In this document: piece by piece, positions 12,448-23,467 of the stretch
How positions within the stretch are numbered: position 1 is the stretch's first letter
Layout of the letters: each line of letters opens with the position of its first letter
Assembly: GCF_001194135.2 (NCBI RefSeq)
Contig: NC_068989.1
Coordinates: forward strand, 35,456,953-35,506,403
Reading direction: 5' to 3'
DNA: 49,451 nt
DNA from: Octopus bimaculoides
Taxonomy: Eukaryota
The notes under the pieces: model-generated
The model's database searches: none
Seen by the model: only the letters and a program-made list of their open reading frames with translations
Told to the model about the DNA's origin: nothing
Position numbers and translations under genes: made by a program

Positions 12448-13090
12448 CCAGCAAATAATTTGTTTGCTGATTCTTATAAACAAGAGCATTGTGAGATTCA
12501 TCTGTCTAGCAGAATAGCTTTGACTGAGGAAACACACAGTTAGGTTGAAACATTGCAGTTTCTCAAAGACCTCTTACACTGGTGAATTGTGTGTGTTATG
12601 AACATGCATCAACTAATAAGAAGAGGTCAGATATGTTTGAATCTGCCAGAACATATTAAAAATGTATAGATATGATATTGTTTGGATTCTTGCTGTTCTG
12701 TGTGCACCCCATGAATTATTATCTGTCTGGCAAACATCAGTATGCACCAGCAAATAATTTGCTGGTTCCTATAAACAAAAGCTCAGGCTCTTGTTAGATT
12801 TATTAGTCCAATGGATTAAACACACAATGAAGTCAAAACATTATGGTGTCTCAAAGTGCTCTTATGTCAGCAAATCAAGTGTGTTATGAATGTAGATCAT
12901 CTAAAGGATAGAGATGTTCTCCAAGGATGAAAAATTACAGTGATCAAATATTCACATTCAAAGCTAACAAACATATTAAGAATGAATAGCTACATCTGTG
13001 TTAAGATTTAGCTGTTCTAAATCTGAGTTATTATGAGTCACTAACATATTTTGTTACTAAATTAAGATTTAAAGGTTCCATATCTAAGTT
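12448..13090 (+). repeat. Diverged tandem repeat, ~299-bp period, each unit with a hammerhead-like motif; dispersed copy at about 31490-32140
   Basis: CCAGCAAATAATTTG starts at 12448 and 12747. The units share TGTGTTATGAA and AACATATTAA-AATG-ATAG. The same motifs recur at 31886 and 31510. Confidence 0.75.
12518..12568 (+). ncRNA. Degenerate type I hammerhead motif (~299-bp family)
   Basis: CTTTGA-CTGAGGA-AAC..GTT-GAAAC-ATTGCAG-TTTC-TCAAAG. Helix I is perfect. The triplet is UUC with a C15.2/U16.2 mismatch, where the sister units have GUC. Confidence 0.55.
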
Positions 13091-13096
13091 ATTATA

Positions 13097-14655
13097 CACT
13101 GCATCCCACATTATTAGGTGAATCAATCTTCTCTCAATAAATAAATGTATATCGTTCAAAACCAGTTGTTTTCCCACTAACTGTTGGCCACACCTATCTG
13201 TGCACATTCTGTTAAAATACATCGGATCTGCACAGACGAAAACAAATGACAGTCACTATTGTGTAGCAGCAACATTTCTGTTGTCCCAAATTATTTGGCA
13301 GGTGCCCAATTTAAGTGTCATTATGGGTCAGAAACATGATCTTACCTCAAATGAGAAGTCTACCATTGGGTCAGAGCTTGGAAAAGGATAAACAACCATA
13401 GACATATCAAAAATACTGCAAAGAAATCACTGAACAGTGAAGAAATTTGTGCAGTCTCCCATTTCTGTCTGGTCAAGGGCAGATAAGGGTAAGTCGAGAG
13501 TTGCTTCAAATTGTACATTGTCACATATGAAAAGGGAAGTTGTGCGGAACCCATGTCTGGCAAGTAGAGAAGTCTTCAAATGTTGTGGCACGGAAGATGT
13601 ATCAAAAAGTACCATGTGTCGCCTCTTGAAGCAGGTAGCCAGAAATGTTAAACCTGTTACAAGGACCCCTCTGAAGGCTGTTCATAAGCAGAAGAGACTG
13701 AAACAGGCAGAAGAATACATGAAAATAGATTTTTCAACAGTTTTGTTCACTGACGAATGCCATGCTATCCTTGACGGACCAGATGGATGGAGTAAAGGTT
13801 GGGTATCAATCAGTGGGAACTGTCCTCATCATTTGAGACACTAACAGTGGGGAGGTGAGGTTATGTTTTGGGCTGGCATCATTGGTGGTATGAGGTCAGG
13901 CCATGGAAAGTCCTAGATAGCATTAAGATGACATCAAAAACATGTTACTTTTTTAAAGGACAATTTCCAACTATGGTTCAAAAAGCAAAAACTTTCATTC
14001 AAGAGAAAGCTGGTCTTCATGCAAGATAGTGCCCCATCTCATGCAGTGAAGAATTCTAATAGGCTTCTCTAGAGGTTGCTTGATGGAGTGGCTACCTTGT
14101 TCCACCGACTTAAACCTGTGAAGTGTCCTGAAGAAGCACTTATACCAAGATGGACAGCAATTTTCAAGTAAAGTTGCCCGCTGGGATGCTATTGCAGATG
14201 CTGTTCAAAGCATGACACAAAGATATCATCACCTTGACAAATTCAATGGATCAGCACGTAAGAAAGGTTATTGCATGTGAAGGATCATACATCAAACATT
14301 AAGAGCTGTATGACATCGTGATCCCATGATTATTTTCATTCAAACATATTATTATGTTTACCATTAAGTCCATTATGAATAATTTTTTTGTTAAACCTTT
14401 ACTGTTGAATTAAATAAATGTTTGTTCTGACACAATTATCATTTTTATTATACTTGCCTAATAATTTGTAACAGTGAAAATGTTGCTCAATCACAAAAAC
14501 GGCTGCTATTTGTTGGCATCTGTGCACATCCGATTTATTTCAACAGAATGTGTGCAGAAAGGTGTTGCCAACGACCAGTGGAAAAACGGTTTTGAATGAA
14601 TACACATTTATTTATTGAGGGAAGGCTGATTTGCCTAATAATGTGGGATGCAGTG
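13097..14655 (+). mobile_element. Tc1-family DNA transposon, full length, defective transposase (~13323-14300)
   Basis: TA at both ends (13095-96, 14656-57). Imperfect TIRs of about 205 bp begin CACTGCATCCCACATTATTAGG. The transposase remnant has an HTH N-terminus, FTDEC, VFMQDSAPSHA and a frameshifted WLPCSTDLN, with stops. Confidence 0.9.
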
Positions 14656-14660
14656 TATAT

Positions 14661-14875
14661 AGGTGCAGGTGTGGCTGTATGGTTGAGAAGGTTTAGACCT
14701 ACTATGTGGCACTTTGAGCAAGTGTCTTTTATTATAGCTCCAAATGTAATCACAAAGCTTTGATTGACCTGGGGCTACAGCTGAAGACACTTGCCCAAGG
14801 TGCCATGCAGTGGGACTGAGCCTGAGACCACATTGTTGGGAAGCAAGCTTCTCGACCAAACAGCCACATCTGCAT
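14661..14875. mobile_element. Two SINE 5' heads in opposite orientation (14661-14760 +, 14761-14875 -)
   Basis: GGTGTGGCTGTATGGTTGAGAAG...GGCACTTTGAGCAAGTGTCTT is followed by the reverse complement of the same head (AAGACACTTGCCCAAGGTGCC...CAGTGGGACTGA...CAGCCAC). Confidence 0.7.
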
Positions 14876-15189
14876 CTATGCCATGTCTAGATACTAACAT
14901 TATATTTTGTTACTAAATTTAGATTTACCTGTTCTTTATCCAAGTACTTTAAAGTCAGAACTATTCAACATGTTTGCTTTAGAGCCAGATTTTTTTTTCC
15001 CATTTAACCTTCATTCCAAACAAGTGCTTGCTATATGTTACCTTTCCACTGTTACTCAAATAGACTGAAACACATGGCAATGCTTGGCAGGTTGGCTGTC
15101 ATTTACCGCAAAGCATCAGATGTGGCTCAGTACTCGTAGAGAGATGTCCATTTGCTGTTTGCTGTCTTCATGTTGTTTATTGTGACTTT

Positions 15190-15935
15190 GTATATATTAT
15201 ACCCTGAGAATGTCAAAAAGAACAACAGATACCCCAATGGATAACAGTGAAAAAAAGAAAAGGAAACATCATTATCAATAACCCAGGAAGTGGAGTTACT
15301 AAAGAAACTTAATTGTGGTGTATCTGTGCAGTGACTCACTGAAGAATATGGTGTTGGAACTAGCACTGTGTATGACTTAAAGAAACAGAAAGACAAATTA
15401 CTGAAGTTTTAAAGTGAAAGTGATGATCACAAACTAGTGAAAAATAGGAAAACACTACATAAGGTGGAAAATGAAAATCTTGACCATGTGATGATAGAAT
15501 GGATTTGACAAAGAAGGAAACATATGCCACTGAATGGTTTGTTGGTCATGAAACAAATGAGAGTATATCATAAAGAATTTAACATTGAAGGAGAGTGTCA
15601 ATATTCAGAAGGTTGACTGCAGAAATTTAAGAAGTGTCATGATGTAAATATATCAGAAAATCTGTAGTGAAAAAGCTTCTGCTGATTATGAAGCTGCAGA
15701 AAATTACATAGACAAATTTGCTAAGATCGCATCTGTTGGAAAAAGCCAACATCCGAGATGACTGAAAGGTGTAGTTAATTTACCTGTGCATTATTACATA
15801 AACAAGAAAGCATGGGTAACCCAAGAAATATTTTCTGACTGGTTCAATAATCACTTTGTACCAGCAGCATGAGCTCATTACAGGCAAATTGGACTGGAAG
15901 AAAACTGTAAAATTCTATTGTTCCTAGACAACTTT
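15190..15935 (+). pseudogene. Tigger/pogo (CENP-B/Jerky-like) transposase remnant with internal deletion
   Basis: Reads KKKRKH..ITQEVELLKKLNCGVSV..EEYGVGTSTVYDLKKQKDKLLKF (HTH) and LPVHYYINKKAWVTQEIFSDWFNNHFVP...KILLFLDN (DDE_1 region). Many stops. Confidence 0.8.
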
Positions 15936-16000
15936 TTTTTTAAGTATTTCTTTAAAAAAATATAACATTTAAAGTATCATATTAAACAGGAGTACTCTTT

Positions 16001-16102
16001 CAAGTCTACTTTAAGCAGATATATTATTTAAAGTACCCCTTTAAGCAGAAATAGTATTTAAAGTACCTCTTTAAGCAGAAATGGTATTTAAAGTACTACT
16101 TT
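16001..16102. repeat. 30-bp minisatellite, about 3.4 copies
   Basis: AAGTACC(C/T)CTTTAAGCAGAAAT(A/G)GTATTTA at 16031 and 16061, with degenerate copies at 16001 and 16091. Confidence 0.85.
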
Positions 16103-16794
16103 ATTTAGTAAGCTTTAGCATGATATAATGGAGAGTTGAAACAGATCTGATTTATCTAGAAGCAATACATCTTTTGTTACTGTTTTGTTACTGTTTTACA
16201 GAAAACAGGATAATTTACAACTTGTGTGTATGTGTGAGTGAGAGAGAGAGAGTGTGTGTAAGAGTATTTCTTTATTAAAACAAAGAAGCAGAATAGTTGG
16301 CTTTTGTTTTTTGTTTTTGTCAGTACTAAGTTTAGATGTTAACTGATTATTACTAGTTTGCTATGTAAACATATTCAGTACCACCTGTAAACTACAGCAT
16401 AAATATGCATGAAGTGTAGAAGCTATGCAGATCACTTTACATGTATGCCTTCCTGTGTACTTTTATAGATAGTGAATATCTGACTAGGAGGAGAGCAACC
16501 TTGTGATCTACTTTTCTTACTTTCTGTTGAAGAGATAAGCTAAATATTTGGCCAAGCATATCGTGTAGTATTTTTCCAAAATAAAGTCAGTTTTAGCTGA
16601 AGACAGGAACTGAATGTGATTTGAAGGAGAGAGTATTCAGATTTTTTTGTAAGTTATTTTAAATACATTATTTTTCCTCTAAATAGTGGTGATTTGATGA
16701 AACAACTTGGTATTTCTTCAATAGTAATAATAACTATTCAATTAAACATTCCAAGATTTCATCAAATCACTATTACATGAAATGCTGAGTAGCA

Positions 16795-16990
16795 TCAGGC
16801 ATAGCTGTGTGATTGAGAAGTTCATTTCTCAATCATGTGGTTTTGGGTTCAGTCCCACTGTGCAGTACTTTGGTATCTTCTACAGTAGTCTTGAGCTGAT
16901 GAAAATCATACAAGTTGTTATGGTAGATGGAAACTGAAAGAAGCCTGCTGCATGCTTGCACACACACACGTGTGTGTGTGTGTGTATTTG
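16795..16990 (+). mobile_element. SINE 5' half (same family as 14661 and 28400)
   Basis: GGCATAGCTGTGTGATTGAGAAG...GGGTTCAGTCCCACTG...GGTAGATGGAAACTGAAAGAAGCC. Confidence 0.7.
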
Positions 16991-17757
16991 TGTACATTTG
17001 TACTTCTCCAAAAATTGCTGACCAATGAGTGGTGAAGTTGTCATTTGTCCTGTCAACAAATCATCCACTTGTTTTTGTTTTTGAAGGTGCTTGGAATAGG
17101 AGACACCTTACTTGAAAAACAGTTACGGGTTATTGACAGCAAATGCATCTGGCTGTACAACAATACATTGATAATATATTCATCTAACTCATGCTTAGAT
17201 GGAAAAAATAGATGTAAAATTAATGAATGAACTAAGATGCTCCATCAAATAATTATTGTAGAAGAAACCTCACAATTTTTCCCCTTTGCTACTTATTTGA
17301 CAAAATACTTAGCATTCCCCTCATCCCTCCTAGCAACTTACTATTTCCTCCCTCTACTACATATTAAATCAAAACAACCAAGTATTTCTCCTGTAGTAGT
17401 AGCTATTAGGTGAAACATCTCACTGTGTCCTCTCTAAAACAAGCAAACAGCTTGCATTAGCTCCAGCAAGCAGCAGTACAACAGCTCATTGTTATCTTTC
17501 TGTAAGTTTCAGACTTGTTTCTATTTGTACAAAAACAAAAATTATCATTAAAAAAGATTTTTACATGATAAATTTGTACAGGTAAGTAAATTTTTCATAT
17601 TGTATTGGTAAATGAATTATTGATATGTGATTAAGTAATGCAATTCTATATTTAAGAAATGAGGAATTATGTACATTATTTACATTATTTACAATTGACG
17701 GATAACACCATTGAAAAATACCTTAGGAATGAGAACCCAGGTTTGAAATTTCCCCAA

Positions 17758-17800
17758 GACGCCTGATGAAGGCTGGAGGGTATATCAGCCGAAACGTGTT
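17758..17800 (+). ncRNA. Minimal hammerhead motif lacking the NUH cleavage triplet (PLE-type repeat, about 17620-17832)
   Basis: GACGC-CTGATGA-A-GGCTG/CAGCC-GAAAC-GTGTT. The helix I 3' strand GTGTT follows GAAAC directly, so there is no room for GUH. Confidence 0.65.
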
Positions 17801-19142
17801 AACAACAAACAAGATGAGGACAAATATCCGTCTGCAAGTTTAAAACTTACAATATGTTTTTTTTAATATTTCTCAATATTTACCCAATTCTCATTAACCA
17901 ACAGTATTTTTACTTTACTCCTATTTCTGTTAAATTGTTGTTTGACAGCAGATCAGCTCTGATCCAGCAGACAATATTTTTCCCTTTTTTTTAAGACATT
18001 GTATGTAGGATTACATTGTCCAGTGTGTCCTTCCTTTTTGTATGGCTGTAGAATATGATTTTTAGGGAAATTTAACTGCTTATTCTAGTAGATAGAGCAA
18101 CCACTCAAAGATTATTCTTTGGCTCAGTTGTGAAGTTGTTGTTGTCACTGCTTCCACACGCAGATGATAGTGATGGTTGTGTTGGTTGTAGTGGTGGCAG
18201 TCAATGTCAAGAGTGACAGGTAATCATGCTGTTTCTCCAGTCCAACTTGTCACCAGAGTAGCAACATAGTCTTAGTTTTAGTCTTGTCTTAGGTTGCATC
18301 ACTTTTATGCTTCTACTGCTACTACAATGGTCTCTGCTCTTCAGATTTTGTCTTGTCTGTCATCACTCATATTGTGTTTCTCCACATTAATCAGTCTTTT
18401 CACCCTAGAAAAATCATCCCTCTGGATTCCTTCCGTAATCTCTCTTTCTTGGCAATTGTTCAAAAAAAAAAAGAAAACTGTCAATCTTACTATTTCAGAT
18501 GGCCTATGGACATCATGGTCTCAGCCCACTTCTATCTGAGGACCTATGAACACTGATCACAGCCCCGTTCACTAGAGGGCCTGTGAATGCTATAGCCCTA
18601 GCCCCTTCCACTAGAGAGTCTGATCAAAGTGTTCAAAAACATTAATTACTAGCTGTACTCAATTGCATAATGTGTACTTCACTGTCAAATCTATAGATTA
18701 CCTTAATTTCTTCATTGTTTAACCCACAACAATACCTCCTTCACTTCTCTACTCTCAGACAAATGGCAAGGCTTCCAAAACAATAAATTTTTTGCTCCTC
18801 ATATGAATTAAACTTACTGAACTATTCTAGGAACTTCACTATGGAATAATTGTTACTAATTCAGAATGCTAGTGTGGCATGACTAAAGTTCTGATAGCAT
18901 AACATGTATGTACACAACTGAGTTTGTGGAAGCATGTGTATGCACTCTAGGCACACAACTGGATCACTCACCCAGTGCTCTGTCAGTTTTACAACTCCTT
19001 GTTTTTTCTTTCCTCTTCTCCTTCCCCCCACCCATACAAATAGGTCCTTCCTTGGAACCACTTCCTATTGATATTCTTCTTTTATTCTCCCTCCCCATAT
19101 TCCCATCATTTTACAATTGTCCACTGCACCCTGTTTTATCCA

Positions 19143-19180
<38 letters not shown>

Positions 19181-19181
19181 T

Positions 19182-19780
19182 ACACTCTTGCAGTCTTTAA
19201 CTATGACCTTTATCTTCCTAACAGTCAATCCCTCCATCACTCTCCAGTTAAATGTATTATTCTGCCGCTGTAATTAATGAAATTAGAACCTGTTACTACA
19301 AACCATTTCATATCTTTTACATACTGCCAGTCACAACTCCCCCTCTTCTGACCCATTCTCAGTGGACATCTATTCATCATTCTTGTCATTGTCCTACTAA
19401 TTTTTACCATCAATTATACCCCACTCCTGTTCACCATTCATTACATGAACCTCCTATATGCATATGACCACCTTCATCTATATTAATATCCATCTCACTT
19501 TCCCCTAACACTCTTGCAACCTTTAACCTGCCCTTCATCTCCCTATCACTCAATCCTTTCATTACTCTCTTATCTACTGAATTATTCTGATGCTGCTAAG
19601 TAATGAAATCAGAACTTATTACTTGATGCCATTTAATACCTTCATTTGTATTCTTCCAGTCACCACTCCCTTTCTTCTAAGCCACTCCCACTTGATATCT
19701 GTCCATTAATTTTCTTGTCTCCTCCAATCATATTTACTTTGATCATCCCCACTCCTATTCACCATTCTTCAAATTTATCT
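19182..19780 (-). pseudogene. Two diverged ~320-bp copies of a LINE AP-endonuclease remnant
   Basis: ACACTCTTGCA..TTTAAC starts at about 19182 and 19508, and the units are colinear. The minus strand reads NGSEEGEL*LAVCKRYEMVCSNRF...NTF...VKDCK, resembling RTE endonuclease. Confidence 0.5.
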
Positions 19781-19784
19781 CCTA

Positions 19785-21062
19785 CAGGGTCTGGCAGATA
19801 AATTGAGACAATTTTTAGGAGCATAAAACTGGTTATAAATAGTAAAATAACGGTAGTAGGCAGATATGATTTTAATGTAACATTTATTACAACAAAAACA
19901 TTTATCACTCAATATGGCTGAACTTTTGGGCAATTACTGCCTCCACATGAGAATAAAATTTTTTTGCAGTTGCCACAACCTCCACCTTTTTGATTTTGCA
20001 GGTGATACACACAATGCAGATCTTTAAACTGTTGACACATGAGTCTGGTGAAGCATTGATCCTTGCTTGAAGTATGCCTCGTAAAAAGTAATTGAGAAGG
20101 TTGAAATCTGGGCTATTACTGGGCCAGATGTTGGCCATCACAAAAAATGTACATTCTTACCAAGGAAGGCCTGTGTTGTTTATGACCCATGGCATGGTGC
20201 AGAATCCTGGATAAGCACCACATTATCAAGCCCAAACTTCTGCTCCATCCAAGGTAATAGAGAGTTCTTCAGGGTGTCCAGATACTAGTTTGTGCTGATC
20301 TTCAAGCCAAACTCAATGAAGTGTGGATCCATGACACTTCCATCACTTGCCATGGCTCCAAATACCATCACAGAGGCAGGATTCTTAGTCACAAACACAG
20401 TGGAGACATCAGAAGAGTTGTATGCAATCACTTGAGAATTTCTGCAATTCACCTCAGCATCCACAGTAAACTTCTTCTCATCCACAAACATGAGAATTTT
20501 TCCTGCACCTTGATGCTTGATGAATGACAGAAGCTTTGGGCATCTTGGCTCTGATTGCTTTGGCCTTGGTTTTTAGGATGTTACAGCATCATTGAACATA
20601 GCTAGACATGCTAAGGTTCGTGTTCACAGCTCTGGACACCGTGAAAAGGGACATGTTGCATTTCTTTGCAAGAATTGTCATGGATGTGGATGAGTTGGCT
20701 TTAATCAAGCCTTTGAGGCCAGTGAGAAACTTTGGATTGCGCTTGGAATCACTTTGAGTCTTGTGTTCTTTTCTATCAAGCTTTCCTTCTTTAAATTGTT
20801 TATATACATGATAAACTGTTGCTTTTGGAAGTTTCGTCAACTTAACAATTTTATTGGCAGTGTACCTGGCACGTGCCAGAACAACAATGGCAGAATGATT
20901 CTGTTGTTCCATGACTTTCTGTAGTCAATTCAGTTCACTATTTACCTGAAAAATAAAGAGGGTGATTAGATTTTCAAGCAAGCAAGATTTTGTCAAAAAA
21001 TGAAACGTTAAACCCATTAAGTCAGCTGCTTAAAATGGTCTCAATTTATCTGCAAGACCCTA
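19785..21062 (-). mobile_element. maT/DD37D-type Tc1/mariner transposon, defective
   Basis: TA flanks and ~31-bp TIRs CAGGGTCTGGCAGATAAATTGAGAC. The minus strand reads an HTH ORF (20589-20912), FVDEKKF, LIQDSAPCH and WPSNSPDFNLLNY. Spacing from the second D to the third catalytic position is 37 aa after one frameshift correction; that residue is N in this copy. Confidence 0.85.
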
Positions 21063-21907
21063 TATATATATATCTGATCACTCCATCAATGTTTATATCT
21101 ATCTATCTTTCACTCCCTCCTCACACTCTTGCAAACTTAACCACTCCTACTGATTCTCTTGTCTTCATGGTCTCTTCTATTCACCTCCCTGGACATTATC
21201 ACACTCTTTTACTTGTACCTTATGTCAGGGCCCTGATATATCAATATACGTTGGGTTTTTGTTCATGTTTTTAATAATGAAGACTACCATTTCGGGGAGA
21301 GTGTATGGTTGACTGATTTGCCCTGGTATTTGACAGGCAATTATTTTATCAAAGTTAATGATGATTTGGACAGATTTTGAACACTGAATGTAAAAGAACA
21401 TTAGCATCTCAAAGAATTTTATTCATTTCTATCCTACACCATGTTAACTTTTCATTTTGGCCTTCTCCATTCTTCATTTCAAAGCTACAAATGAGAGGCA
21501 GAATTGAGCATTAACTCATGGATTGTATGTTAAGTTCCTGGACATTAGAGCATTAAATTCAGTTGTAGGCTTTACTGAGGAAGCTACTTATCATTGATTA
21601 ACCCTTTTGTTGCCATATTTTTCTTGAAATATACTGCCATTGATTCAATAAATTTAGAAAATAATGAAGAATTTAGTAAAATGACTTAAGCTGCTGTTTG
21701 GGACATAAATGAACATGAAATTTCAATGGATAGTTTTAACTTAAATCATTTTAAGCTTAAAGCTTTAATGCTATAGACACAAGGGTTGTGTCAGTTCTTT
21801 GGATATTTGGGATGTTTGTAAGATGTGAAAAATGAATCGATAAGAATGTAATACAATGTCAACACAGGCAGGACTTGATTTTGAAACAAATAAAGAATCT
21901 AGACTGG

Positions 21908-21969
<62 letters not shown>

Positions 21970-21970
<1 letters not shown>

Positions 21971-22119
21971 GCCATGCTACATGGCAGTGAAACATGGGCT
22001 GTGACTGCTGAGGACATGCGTAAGCTCGCAAGGAATGAAGCCAGTATGCTCCGCTGGATGTGTAATGTCAATGTGCATACCCATCAGAGTGTAAGTATCT
22101 TGAGAGAAAAGCTGAACAT
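21970..22119 (+). pseudogene. RTE LINE C-terminal fragment running into a gap
   Basis: Reads AMLHGSETWAVTAEDMRKLARNEASMLRWMCNV, homologous to 47340-47450. Confidence 0.85.
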
Positions 22120-23415
22120 NNNNNNNNNNNNNNNNNNNNNNNNNNNNNNNNNNNNNNNNNNNNNNNNNNNNNNNNNNNNNNNNNNNNNNNNNNNNNNNNN
22201 NNNNNNNNNNNNNNNNNNNNNNNNNNNNNNNNNNNNNNNNNNNNNNNNNNNNNNNNNNNNNNNNNNNNNNNNNNNNNNNNNNNNNNNNNNNNNNNNNNNN
22301 NNNNNNNNNNNNNNNNNNNNNNNNNNNNNNNNNNNNNNNNNNNNNNNNNNNNNNNNNNNNNNNNNNNNNNNNNNNNNNNNNNNNNNNNNNNNNNNNNNNN
22401 NNNNNNNNNNNNNNNNNNNNNNNNNNNNNNNNNNNNNNNNNNNNNNNNNNNNNNNNNNNNNNNNNNNNNNNNNNNNNNNNNNNNNNNNNNNNNNNNNNNN
22501 NNNNNNNNNNNNNNNNNNNNNNNNNNNNNNNNNNNNNNNNNNNNNNNNNNNNNNNNNNNNNNNNNNNNNNNNNNNNNNNNNNNNNNNNNNNNNNNNNNNN
22601 NNNNNNNNNNNNNNNNNNNNNNNNNNNNNNNNNNNNNNNNNNNNNNNNNNNNNNNNNNNNNNNNNNNNNNNNNNNNNNNNNNNNNNNNNNNNNNNNNNNN
22701 NNNNNNNNNNNNNNNNNNNNNNNNNNNNNNNNNNNNNNNNNNNNNNNNNNNNNNNNNNNNNNNNNNNNNNNNNNNNNNNNNNNNNNNNNNNNNNNNNNNN
22801 NNNNNNNNNNNNNNNNNNNNNNNNNNNNNNNNNNNNNNNNNNNNNNNNNNNNNNNNNNNNNNNNNNNNNNNNNNNNNNNNNNNNNNNNNNNNNNNNNNNN
22901 NNNNNNNNNNNNNNNNNNNNNNNNNNNNNNNNNNNNNNNNNNNNNNNNNNNNNNNNNNNNNNNNNNNNNNNNNNNNNNNNNNNNNNNNNNNNNNNNNNNN
23001 NNNNNNNNNNNNNNNNNNNNNNNNNNNNNNNNNNNNNNNNNNNNNNNNNNNNNNNNNNNNNNNNNNNNNNNNNNNNNNNNNNNNNNNATATATATAAAAC
23101 AATCCTAACTTCATCATCATCATCGTTAAACGACGACGATGATGATGATGAAGTTAGGATTGTTTAAACATTCAGGTGATAGGCTAGAAGTGTTTAAGCA
23201 ACGAAGGGATAATTAAATCCGAAGGCACTCCTGGAGATTACCTGTGTGGGTACCGTCTTTGTTAGAAGGTATCCAGAGGCAGGTAATTTATCTTGTAAAC
23301 CGTAGTTTATAAGTATAATCATGTAGAAAATGGAGAAACAAACACAGGAAGAAGCAGGTCGATTGCGTTAGTGAGCCATTAATTTAATCAATTAGGTAGA
23401 GTTTATGTAATGTTA

Positions 23416-23467
23416 CATTTACGATAGTTTCGATTTGCCAATTTAATTGGCAGATCTCTTCAGAATG
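23416..23467 (-). ncRNA. Complete minimal type I hammerhead at the 3' end of a Penelope-like element
   Basis: The minus strand reads CATT-CTGAAGA-GAT(C)TGCCAAT-taa-ATTGGCA(A)ATC-GAAAC-tatc-GTA-AATG. The core is intact, the triplet is GUA, and helix I is CATT/AATG. Confidence 0.8.

Noticed and set aside
17513-17581. Apparent 69-nt exon (tttcAG...CAG|GTAAGT)
   Set aside because: It has no coding similarity and sits at the edge of a PLE-type repeat. It cannot be supported without transcript data, though it could be a UTR exon.
21875-23167. Long ORFs in the track that span N-runs (also 5081-5645, 30051-30555, 33134-34180, 44808-45595, 48104-49159)
   Set aside because: They are artefacts of translating assembly gaps. 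Only the flanking RTE and Tc1 fragments are real.
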